Source of the DNA: Thermoplasmata archaeon
GTDB lineage: Archaea; Thermoplasmatota; Thermoplasmata; Lutacidiplasmatales; UBA184
Assembly (NCBI GenBank): GCA_035504595.1
Contig: DATJRQ010000006.1
Coordinates: 39,366 to 103,365, forward strand
DNA length: 64,000 bases
Direction: 5' to 3'
In this document: positions 26,060-33,674 of the stretch, piece after piece
How positions within the stretch are numbered: position 1 is the stretch's first letter
How the letters are laid out: each line of letters opens with the position of its first letter
Made by a program: the position numbers and the translations under genes
Notes under the pieces: model-generated
What the model saw: the letters and a program-made list of their open reading frames with translations, nothing else
What the model was told of the DNA's origin: nothing
The model's database searches: none

Positions 26060-26917
26060 ATGGCGGCGTACGCGCACCCCGAGGTCCTGGTAGAGAACGA
26101 CTGGCTGGCCCAGCATCTGAACGACCCGAAGGTCCGGATCGCTGAGGTCGACTATGACCCCGCCGCGAACTACGAGCTCGGGCACATACCGGGCGCCGTT
26201 CTGTTCGATTGGCGCAAGGACATCAACGACCCGCTCGCCCGGGACATCCTCTCCCAGGAGGCGACGACCCACCTGTTCCAGCGCGCCGGCATCAACGCGG
26301 ACACGACCGTCGTCCTGTACGGTGACTTCAACAACTGGTTCGCGGCTTTCGCGTTCTGGGTGTTCACGTACTACGGCGCGAAGAACCTCAAGATCCTGAA
26401 CGGGGGCCGCAAGAAGTGGATCGCCGAGGACCGGGCGATGTCGAAGGAGACCCCCACCCCGGCGGCCGGGACGTTCCGGGCGAGCGCGCCGGACGCGAAG
26501 CTCCGGGCCTACCTCGATGACGTCCGTCAGGCGCTCCCCGACGTGAAGGCGGGTAAGTTCGGGCTCGTCGACGTGCGCGGACCGAAGGAGTTCTCCGGAG
26601 AGCTCACGGCGCCGCCCGAGTACCCGACCGAGCACGCTCAGCGCGGCGGCCACATCCCGGGCGCGAAGAACATCCCGTGGGCCCAAGCGGTCAAGGACGA
26701 CGGCACGTTCAAGGCCCGGGAAGAGCTCGAACAGCTGTACGGACCGAAGGGGATCGTCCCCGGTCACCCGGTGATCACGTACTGCCGTATCGGCGAGCGG
26801 TCGAGCCACACCTGGTTCGTGCTGAAGTACCTGCTCGGATACCCCGACGTCCGCAACTACGACGGATCGTGGACGGAGTGGGGGAACCTCATCCGGACCC
26901 CGATCGAGAAGCCGTAG
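26060..26917 (+). CDS. sseA: thiosulfate/3-mercaptopyruvate sulfurtransferase (tandem rhodanese)
   Basis: 285 aa. Reads ...VDYDPAANYELGHIPGAVLFDW... and the catalytic loop YCRIGERSSHTWFVL...NYDGSWTEWG. Confidence 0.85.
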   Translation: MAAYAHPEVLVENDWLAQHLNDPKVRIAEVDYDPAANYELGHIPGAVLFDWRKDINDPLARDILSQEATTHLFQRAGINADTTVVLYGDFNNWFAAFAFWVFTYYGAKNLKILNGGRKKWIAEDRAMSKETPTPAAGTFRASAPDAKLRAYLDDVRQALPDVKAGKFGLVDVRGPKEFSGELTAPPEYPTEHAQRGGHIPGAKNIPWAQAVKDDGTFKAREELEQLYGPKGIVPGHPVITYCRIGERSSHTWFVLKYLLGYPDVRNYDGSWTEWGNLIRTPIEKP

Positions 26918-27656
26918 CCCCGGGGCTCGAACCCGTTCCGGCGCCCGGTCGCCGTCGGGGGACCGGGTGCGCCTCCTTTCGGACCAGGAACTGATTGAGG
27001 TTCCCTTCGCGCCGCCGCGCGAGGAGCGCGTGGCCGGTCTGGTCGGCCCACCGCTCCATCTCGATCGGGCTCGTCGGGTCGTCGGTGACGAGGAGCACCG
27101 CGGTCCCGGCCGGGGATCGGTTCAGCTCGTCGTTCAGCATGGCGAGCACGGCGGAGCATTCGATCCCGATCTCGAAGATCTCGACGTCCGGGGAGAGGGG
27201 CCAGCAGCGAATGTGACGCTGTCGGATCCGCTCGGTCAGCCGGTCCTTGATCGCCGCGGCGGTCTCCAGGCGGGGGGGCACCCCCCCGGCCGGACGGACC
27301 CGGACCACCCAGCCGTCGCCGTACGGCGCGTCGTTCAGCAGGCGGGGTCTCGTCACGATCGCCGGGTTCCGTTCGACGACCTCCGCGTCGAGCGGCAAGC
27401 GGACCGCCCCGGTGTACCGCTGGCTCTCGACCGTCGCGACGCTGCGGCCCTCCGCGACGCGCCCTTGCACCGGCCGGAACGAGACCGACTGGAACCGACC
27501 GGCGAACCACACCAGGGGCCCGAGCAGGCCGACGCGCGCGAGGCCGTCCGAACCCTCGGGGAGGTACCACACCTCATTTTCGAGGTCGTACAGCCGATCC
27601 TCGGGAACGTCGCAGCCACCGATCTCCACGAACGAAACCGAGCCCGCGGAGCGCAT
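26889..27656 (-). CDS. GcvH-like (lipoyl-Lys absent) :: TusA/SirA-like fusion protein
   Basis: C-terminal 255 aa of track ORF 26889..27710, from ATG 27656. Residues ~20-122 match the GcvH pattern (...RVGLLGPL...VATVESQRYTGAVRLPLDAEVVERN...LLNDAPYGDGWVVRV). Residues ~155-227 match TusA (EIGIECSAVLAMLNDEL...LLVTDDPTSPIEMERWADQTGHALL...FLVRK). Confidence 0.65.
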   Translation of the reverse strand: MRSAGSVSFVEIGGCDVPEDRLYDLENEVWYLPEGSDGLARVGLLGPLVWFAGRFQSVSFRPVQGRVAEGRSVATVESQRYTGAVRLPLDAEVVERNPAIVTRPRLLNDAPYGDGWVVRVRPAGGVPPRLETAAAIKDRLTERIRQRHIRCWPLSPDVEIFEIGIECSAVLAMLNDELNRSPAGTAVLLVTDDPTSPIEMERWADQTGHALLARRREGNLNQFLVRKEAHPVPRRRPGAGTGSSPGATASRSGSG

Positions 27657-27708
27657 TAATCGTGCGCCCCGACGACCTTTTCCGCCCGGTCCGCTCGTCG
27701 GCGACCCC

Positions 27709-27897
27709 ATGGCGGCGCGCGTCGACCCGGCCGCGGCTCTCTCCGCTCACGCGCGATGCCGGTGCGGGCACCTGCCCACGCACCACATGGTGGTGCAGCC
27801 GATCGGGTCGAGCGGGAACTTCCGTCTGGAGCCGTTCGGACCGTGCGCGCTGTGCGGCGAGGGCGTCTGCCGAAAGTTCGCCCCGGCCGGTCCCTGA
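27709..27897 (+). CDS. small Cys-rich (zinc-ribbon-like) protein, 62 aa
   Basis: In-frame ATG inside track ORF 27247..27897. Reads MAARVDPAAALSAHARCRCGHLPTHHMVVQPIGSSGNFRLEPFGPCALCGEGVCRKFAPAGP. GC3-rich codons; it fills an otherwise 247-nt gap. Confidence 0.4.
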   Translation: MAARVDPAAALSAHARCRCGHLPTHHMVVQPIGSSGNFRLEPFGPCALCGEGVCRKFAPAGP

Positions 27898-27903
27898 CCG
27901 GAG

Positions 27904-28362
27904 CTAGCCGTACGCGGCCTTGATCAGGTAGTCCTTCAGGCCGTGGAGCCGCTCGTCCCAGAAGTGGAAGTGCCACGACCGAGCCTCCTGCCACTCGTCC
28001 CCCGACCCCCATCCCGAGTGCTCGAGGGTGATGTCGATCCCTTCGGGGGACTCGGCGAGCCGCACGTACACCCGGGTCTTGGGCGGGTCGCCGTTCATCA
28101 GGGTCTCGAAGGCGGGCGGGCCCGACCAGCTGAACCCGATGTCGACGTCGCGCTGCATCTGGAGGATGGTCCCGGTGCTCTCGAACGCCGGGTCGCTCGT
28201 CCATCCGAGCCGGAACCGGCCGCCGACCTTGGGGTCGACGTCGGCCGAGTCGCAGAGCCAGCCGGTGAGCTTGTCCGGTTCGGTGAACGCGGCGTAGATC
28301 ATCGGGATCGGCAACGGCACCGTCACCTGGATCAGGATCGCGTCGAGCTCGTCGTCGGGCAC
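27904..28362 (-). CDS. SRPBCC superfamily protein (AHSA1/Aha1-like domain)
   Basis: 152 aa. Reads ...IYAAFTEPDKLTGWL......DPKVGGRFRLGW...G.ILQMQRDVDIGFSW. GTG start with a TATA-like ctttag ~28 nt upstream. Confidence 0.65.
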   Translation of the reverse strand: MPDDELDAILIQVTVPLPIPMIYAAFTEPDKLTGWLCDSADVDPKVGGRFRLGWTSDPAFESTGTILQMQRDVDIGFSWSGPPAFETLMNGDPPKTRVYVRLAESPEGIDITLEHSGWGSGDEWQEARSWHFHFWDERLHGLKDYLIKAAYG

Positions 28363-28401
28363 CGAGCGGGGTTCCGTCTTCGCGGACTAAAGGGTTTGCG
28401 A

Positions 28402-28438
28402 GCGAGCGGAGGGCCGGGCCCGCGTCGGGTCCGCTCGC
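28402..28438. repeat. perfect 9-bp inverted repeat GCGAGCGGA-N19-TCCGCTCGC in a divergent promoter region
   Basis: Read directly: 28402-28410 gcgagcgga and 28430-28438 tccgctcgc. Lies between the SRPBCC gene (start 28362, minus) and the thermopsin-like gene (start 28502, plus). Confidence 0.6.
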
Positions 28439-28467
28439 CGATTCCTCCTCGTAAACATCCTGCCGAA

Positions 28468-28476
28468 CCTTTATCC
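28468..28476 (+). promoter_or_regulatory. TATA-like box (CCTTTATCC) of the thermopsin-like gene
   Basis: Located 26-34 nt upstream of ATG 28502, suggesting a leaderless or short-leader transcript. Confidence 0.4.
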
Positions 28477-28501
28477 CCCCAGCCGTGCCACCTCGATACG
28501 C

Positions 28502-31500
28502 ATGTACGCGCCTCGACGCACCGTGGGAGTCGCCGTTCTCGTAACCGTGATCCTCGTCGTGTCCTCAATGGGAATCATCGGTGCGCTCGTTCCGGCCCAG
28601 GCCGCCGGGTCCGCGACGCCCGGGTCGCCGAAGACCGTGGCCAGCTCGGCCACCGCTCCCACCACGCTCTCTGGGGCGAACGGGAACGGCGTCACGAATC
28701 TCGCGACCGGTGCCCGAACCCTCCCCACCCCGACCGTCCCGACCCCGTCCGCCTCCGATTCTTCTCGAAGCGCCCAGATCCTGAGCGCGATCAATCAGAA
28801 GGGCATCTCCGACCACGACGTGTTCCTTCCGTACCTGCTGAACGGCCCCCACCCCGCGCTGACCAACGGCCACGTGAACCTGACCTACCAGAGCAGCCCC
28901 GCGCCGTACGGGATCGGCGAGTTCGGGCTCGAGAACGTCTCCGGCGTCATCACCCCGTACACGCTCTCCACGACGAGCGTCGAGGGGAACTTCTCGACGG
29001 ACTACCTGAGCGGGTATTCCGCGGACATCAGCGGCCCGGACGAGTGGGGCGTCCAGTTGAACGCGGTCCTGAACGGCGTGAAGGTGCTCGGCCAGACCGG
29101 TGACCAGTTCTGGACCCAGAACGTCATCGAGTATTCCCCGTCCCTGGGAACGCTCACCTTCGTGAGCAATATCTGGAATTTCTCCGCCTATGGCGCCTCT
29201 CTGACCTGCAACGTCTTCTACGCGACCAACGGCACCAACGTCTGCCCCGAGTACTTCTACGGCGTGTCGGCGCCGATCCCGACCACCTTCCCGTTCGCGG
29301 TCAACCTCTACCTGAACTCCTCGGTCGAGGGCGGCCGGGACGCAGTATACTTCAACTACACCCTCGACCAGGCCTCGGGATTCACGGCCGGGTCGTACTG
29401 CTACGCGATCTTCAACTCCCTGCCGGCGGGAGCCAATCCTTCCTCCACCCCCACGCCGATGTTCGTCGCAACCGGCAACGCCTACAATGCGTACGGACTG
29501 CCCGACGACTTCGAGATCACCCTCGGCGGTCCGGGCGGTGGCAGCAATTTCGATGTGATGGAGTCCGCGTGGACGTACATGGGGCTCCAGTACTGGAACT
29601 CCACGGACGGCACCTACCTCACGGTGCCCTCGGCCTACAACGTCGGAGGGGACACCGGCGAGACGTCGGTCGGGGTCAACGCGGCGTGGACCCAGTTCAC
29701 GAGCGACCCGGGCGCACCGGTCGAGTCCCCCACCACGTGCGCGGACTGCGTGACCCTGTCGAACGGACCGTCGTTCCAGTACGGTCTATGGAACGTGCTG
29801 GGAGCCGGCGTGAACGGCTACAGTCCGTACGCGGAGACCGACTGGGATGATCAGTCGGACCTGGCGCCGGTGCTGTTCCCTGCCAACGCGTTCCTGTTCA
29901 TCGCCGACTCCCTGGACGACTTTACGACCTGGGAGGGCACGAACTTCTCGGCGTACCAGTGGGCGCCGGACTTTGCCCCGTACTTTTTCTACGACAATCT
30001 CCCGGTCGGCAACTACACGGTCATCGCGATCCTCGCGGATTTCGACCCGGCGGAGTTCTCGTTCACCATCGCGTCCGATAGCTCGTACGAGACCGCCACG
30101 ATCGGGCTGTCGGTCGACACGACCACGGGGGTGTACACTCCGCTCTGGGCCTTCAACGAGACCGGACTGCAGAACATCACGTCGGGCTACGACGGATACG
30201 GGGACGCGATCCTGGACAACAACGAGTACGCTCCGATCGGCGTGATACCGTTCTCGTCCATCGTGGGCTACGCGAACATCCCGTTGTTCGGCCTGTTCAA
30301 CGACTTCGCCTTCCCCGTCTTCCCGGGGATCCTGGTGGTCGACCAGGAGTTCGTCGCGGTCGTCAACGCGCCGGCGTTCACCGTCAGTCCGGCACCGTAC
30401 CCCAGCTACGACTCGAACATCGTGCAGGGCCTTGGGCTGCCGACGACCAACAGCCTCCAGATGTTCTTCTGGGACGACTATTACGTGCTCCTGGAATCGT
30501 CGACCGTCTCGGGTTGGTGGCCGGCCGAGTCGTACTTCGGCCTCTCCCAGTCGCTCGCGAACGTTCAGTTCTGGAACACCAGCGAGTCCGAGATCCTCTA
30601 CAACACCTTCGAGACCGGCGGAATGGCCCTGTGGATGTACGGAGGCGAAGACAACGAGATCTGGGGGAACACGTTCTCGACGGAAGGGAACCCCCCGTCG
30701 GCGAACCCGTACGCGACGGTCGCCGAGTACTACGGCTCGGTCGGCCTCGTAGACTCGGACTTTGGGGACGCCTACCTGTACGGCGCCGACGCCTCGGTGA
30801 ACTGCCTGTACTGCGATTCGATCGCGAACAACGCGTTCAACACGATCGTCACCGCGGACAGCCCCGAGACCGACCCGTACACCGGGTTCTCCCCCATCCT
30901 CCCCTTCAGCTCGGCGTGGAACATCCCGTACGAGGCCGGCATGACGAACATCGTCGGCGGCGACTACCTCGGCGGGAACTACTGGTGGGACTACGGCACC
31001 GGCGTCAACCCGTACGGCGTTCTCCCGGACATCGAGTTCAACTGGCTCCCGTACGACGAGGAGATCGGCGAGCCCTCGACCATCTGCGAGACGAACTCGG
31101 GCAACTGCTACGCGGGCAGCGGTGACTTCTACCCCCTCGTCAACGTGGCCCTGTACAACCTCACGTTCGAGGAGACCGGGCTCCCGTCCGGCCAGACGTG
31201 GGGCGTCTACGTCCTCGTCCCGTCGGAGTACGAGTTCGAGTACGAGGACGAAGAGAACAGCAGCCTCTCGCCCGGGATCGTGAACTTTACCTTCCCGACC
31301 GGGGCGTGGGAGTACTCGGTCTTCACCGACGACTCGCACTTCGCCGCGGTGGGCGGGGTGGCGACGATCAGCGACCAGAGCCTCGTCGTGACCGTTCACT
31401 TCCAGACGGCGTACGCCGTTCAGGTCGTGGAGACCGGGCTTCCGGCCGGCACCGACTGGTACGGTTACTTCGAGAACGATTCGAACGACATCGAGCGCGG

Positions 31501-32401
31501 CAACAGCTCGAGCTCGACGACGTTCGACCTCACCGGACTGCTGCCGGGGACCTACTACGAGTACATGGAGGCGGAAGGGGCCGCCTACAGCCGGTACATC
31601 GCGGCGCCGAACAACATCAACTTCGTCGTCACCGGCAGCGGGACGTTCCACGTCACGTTCGTGGCGTCGTACACCGTTTCCGTCCACGTGAGCGGTCTCG
31701 CGTCGGGCGCGACCTGGTACTTCCAGGCGAGCGGCGTCAGCGGCAACATCTCGTTGTACGACGAGGGCAACGGCTGGGAGAACTACACGGTCGGAGCCGG
31801 CGCGTTCGTCTGGCAGACGGACGCCGCGGGCTACGCCGCGTCCCCGTCGTCCGGCAGCCTGACGATCTCCGCGAACACGACGATCGCCATCGTCTTCACG
31901 CCGACCGCCTCGGCGACGGGCACGCTCAGCGGGACCGTCTCCCCCGCCGCCGCGACCCTCTGGGTGGACGGTCAGGCGGTAACCCTCGGAGCCGGCGGCA
32001 CCTACGCGGTCGTCGTCCCGATCGGCGTCACCTCGGTCGAGGTGAAGGACGGGGGCTACGCGACGTACTTCAACAACGCGACGGTCAGCCTGGGCCAGAC
32101 CACGACCCTGAACATCGCCCTCACGCCGGTGACGAGTTCCTCGTCGAGCTCGGGCACGTCGGGGATCTCCAGCCTCGGATGGGCGCTCATCGCCCTCCTC
32201 GGCGCGCTCGCCGTGATCTTCCTGGTCACGACGCTGATCTTCGCGCGCCGCGGCCGGACCCCGCCGTCCATGCAGCCGTACACCGCTCCGCCGCCCGCCG
32301 CCTCGGGCGGAGCGGGTGCACCACCGAGCGGAGCTTCCGCCCCGGCGCCGCCGCCGTGGCAGGAGAGCCCTCCCTCTCCGCCCGCGGGTGGCAGCTCCTA
32401 G
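28502..32401 (+). CDS. thermopsin (peptidase A5)-domain surface protein with beta-helix-like and PEGA-like regions and C-terminal membrane anchor
   Basis: 1299 aa with an N-terminal signal/TM. Residues ~120-300 (SPAPYGIGEFGLENVSGVITPY...WGVQLNAVLNG...FWTQNVIEY...TLTFVSNIWNFS...YFYGVSAP) are co-linear with the Sulfolobus thermopsin core motifs. Contains many N-x-S/T sequons and a PEGA-like module (TLWVDGQAV...VEVKDGGYATYFNNATVSLG). Ends with a Ser-rich linker, TM helix, RRGR and a Pro-rich tail. Confidence 0.75.
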   Translation: MYAPRRTVGVAVLVTVILVVSSMGIIGALVPAQAAGSATPGSPKTVASSATAPTTLSGANGNGVTNLATGARTLPTPTVPTPSASDSSRSAQILSAINQKGISDHDVFLPYLLNGPHPALTNGHVNLTYQSSPAPYGIGEFGLENVSGVITPYTLSTTSVEGNFSTDYLSGYSADISGPDEWGVQLNAVLNGVKVLGQTGDQFWTQNVIEYSPSLGTLTFVSNIWNFSAYGASLTCNVFYATNGTNVCPEYFYGVSAPIPTTFPFAVNLYLNSSVEGGRDAVYFNYTLDQASGFTAGSYCYAIFNSLPAGANPSSTPTPMFVATGNAYNAYGLPDDFEITLGGPGGGSNFDVMESAWTYMGLQYWNSTDGTYLTVPSAYNVGGDTGETSVGVNAAWTQFTSDPGAPVESPTTCADCVTLSNGPSFQYGLWNVLGAGVNGYSPYAETDWDDQSDLAPVLFPANAFLFIADSLDDFTTWEGTNFSAYQWAPDFAPYFFYDNLPVGNYTVIAILADFDPAEFSFTIASDSSYETATIGLSVDTTTGVYTPLWAFNETGLQNITSGYDGYGDAILDNNEYAPIGVIPFSSIVGYANIPLFGLFNDFAFPVFPGILVVDQEFVAVVNAPAFTVSPAPYPSYDSNIVQGLGLPTTNSLQMFFWDDYYVLLESSTVSGWWPAESYFGLSQSLANVQFWNTSESEILYNTFETGGMALWMYGGEDNEIWGNTFSTEGNPPSANPYATVAEYYGSVGLVDSDFGDAYLYGADASVNCLYCDSIANNAFNTIVTADSPETDPYTGFSPILPFSSAWNIPYEAGMTNIVGGDYLGGNYWWDYGTGVNPYGVLPDIEFNWLPYDEEIGEPSTICETNSGNCYAGSGDFYPLVNVALYNLTFEETGLPSGQTWGVYVLVPSEYEFEYEDEENSSLSPGIVNFTFPTGAWEYSVFTDDSHFAAVGGVATISDQSLVVTVHFQTAYAVQVVETGLPAGTDWYGYFENDSNDIERGNSSSSTTFDLTGLLPGTYYEYMEAEGAAYSRYIAAPNNINFVVTGSGTFHVTFVASYTVSVHVSGLASGATWYFQASGVSGNISLYDEGNGWENYTVGAGAFVWQTDAAGYAASPSSGSLTISANTTIAIVFTPTASATGTLSGTVSPAAATLWVDGQAVTLGAGGTYAVVVPIGVTSVEVKDGGYATYFNNATVSLGQTTTLNIALTPVTSSSSSSGTSGISSLGWALIALLGALAVIFLVTTLIFARRGRTPPSMQPYTAPPPAASGGAGAPPSGASAPAPPPWQESPPSPPAGGSS

Positions 32402-32460
32402 GTCGGTCCGGAGCGTCCCGGGCGAACCCCTTCCTCGCGTGCTTCGACGTTCGGTCCGGA

Positions 32461-32534
32461 TGGACCGGTCGGGATTTGAACCCGAGACCTCTGGTTTGCA
32501 AAACCAGCGATCTTCCGGACTGATCTACCGGCCC
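32461..32534 (-). tRNA. tRNA-Ala (anticodon TGC)
   Basis: The reverse complement reads GGGCCGGTAGATCAGTCCGGAAGATCGCTGGTTTTGCAAACCAGAGGTCTCGGGTTCAAATCCCGACCGGTCCA. It has a G3:U70 Ala identity pair, anticodon loop TT-TGC-AA, and T-loop TTCAAAT. Confidence 0.9.
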
Positions 32535-32631
32535 ATCGCGCGCGCAAGGTGGGATTCCCCGTCTTAGTCTTTCGGACGCGGGGGCGGCGCGCCGGGAAAC
32601 GCCTTCTACCCCTCCCGGGTCGGCGCGCCGC

Positions 32632-33642
32632 ATGGAGCTCAGCGCGTTCTCCGTCGTGGACGTCGACCCGACCGTCCCGCTCGGGGGGCGCGACCGGTAC
32701 GCCGAGGTCCTCGACCTCGCCGAGAGCGCCGAGTCCGGGGGCCTCTCGACGCTCTGGGTGGCGGAGCATCACTTCCAGCCCGGCGGGGTCTGCCCGTCGC
32801 CCCCCGTGCTGCTCGCGGCGTGCGCGGCCCGAACCCGACGGATCCGGCTCGGCGTGCTCGTGAGCGTGCTGCCGTTCCACCGACCGATCGAGCTCGCTGA
32901 GCAGTACGCGATGGTCGACCGCCTCACCGGCGGACGGCTGAACCTCGGCCTGGGCAGCGGCTACATTCCGCTCGAGTTCGAGGGATTTGGGGTCGACCCC
33001 GCGACCAAACGGGAGCGGTTCGACCGCAACCTCGAGGTGCTGCTCGCCGCCTTCGACGGCCGGGAGGTGCGCGCCGAGGAGCCCGGGGCCCACCCCGTGC
33101 GACTGAACGTTCTCCCGGTGCAGCGCCCCCATCCGCCCCTGTGGATCGCGGTCCAGCGCCGCGAGGCGATCCCGTTCGTCGCGCGGCGGGGCGCCTCGCT
33201 CGCGCTCGTGCCGTACGCCACGGTCGCGAACCTGGAGGAGCTCGCCGCGGAGATCCGGGAGTTCCGCGCCCACCTGCCCGCGGGCTCGCGCGCGCGGGTC
33301 TCGGTGGCGGTCCACCTCTACGCCGGGCCTCGGCCCGACCTCGCCCGCGCCGCCCTCCAGCGGTACCTGGACGCCCGGCTCGCTACCCAGAGCGTGCACT
33401 TCCAGGAAAAGGTGAAGCGCGACCCGCATCACGCCTCGGCCGCCTCGATCGAGGAAAGCGGCTTCGCCCTGTTCGGGTCGGCGTCGGCCGTCGCCGAGCG
33501 GCTCCGCGCCTACGAACACGCCGGGGTCGACGAGCTGCTCGGGATCTTCGATTTCGGGGGGCTACCGGCCGAGGAAGTAGGGCGCTCCGTGCGCGACCTG
33601 GGTGCGGCGTTCGCCGCTCGTCACGGACCGGAAAAAGGATAG
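32632..33642 (+). CDS. LLM-class (luciferase-like) flavin/F420-dependent oxidoreductase
   Basis: 336 aa. Reads ...LSTLWVAEHHF......IRLGVLVSVLPFHRPIELAEQYAMVDRLTGGRLNLGLGSGY, the luciferase-like monooxygenase family pattern. Confidence 0.75.
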   Translation: MELSAFSVVDVDPTVPLGGRDRYAEVLDLAESAESGGLSTLWVAEHHFQPGGVCPSPPVLLAACAARTRRIRLGVLVSVLPFHRPIELAEQYAMVDRLTGGRLNLGLGSGYIPLEFEGFGVDPATKRERFDRNLEVLLAAFDGREVRAEEPGAHPVRLNVLPVQRPHPPLWIAVQRREAIPFVARRGASLALVPYATVANLEELAAEIREFRAHLPAGSRARVSVAVHLYAGPRPDLARAALQRYLDARLATQSVHFQEKVKRDPHHASAASIEESGFALFGSASAVAERLRAYEHAGVDELLGIFDFGGLPAEEVGRSVRDLGAAFAARHGPEKG

Positions 33643-33674
33643 AAGAAGGGGTTCGCGCCGGGCCCGGGTGCCGC

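Noticed and set aside
29786-31687. 633-aa minus-strand ORF inside the thermopsin-like gene
   Set aside because: It is an antisense shadow ORF with an Arg/Val/Asp/Gly-rich translation. The plus-strand frame carries the recognisable thermopsin motifs and continuous sequon-rich domains.
32403-32460. 10-nt direct repeat TCGGTCCGGA (32403-12 and 32451-60) next to tRNA-Ala, considered as att sites of an integrated element
   Set aside because: Both copies lie outside and downstream of the tRNA, only 38 nt apart, and enclose no genes. There is no integrase or other mobile-element gene between tRNA-Ala and tRNA-Pro. It is probably a chance repeat or part of a 3'-trailer hairpin (CGGTCC…GGACCG).
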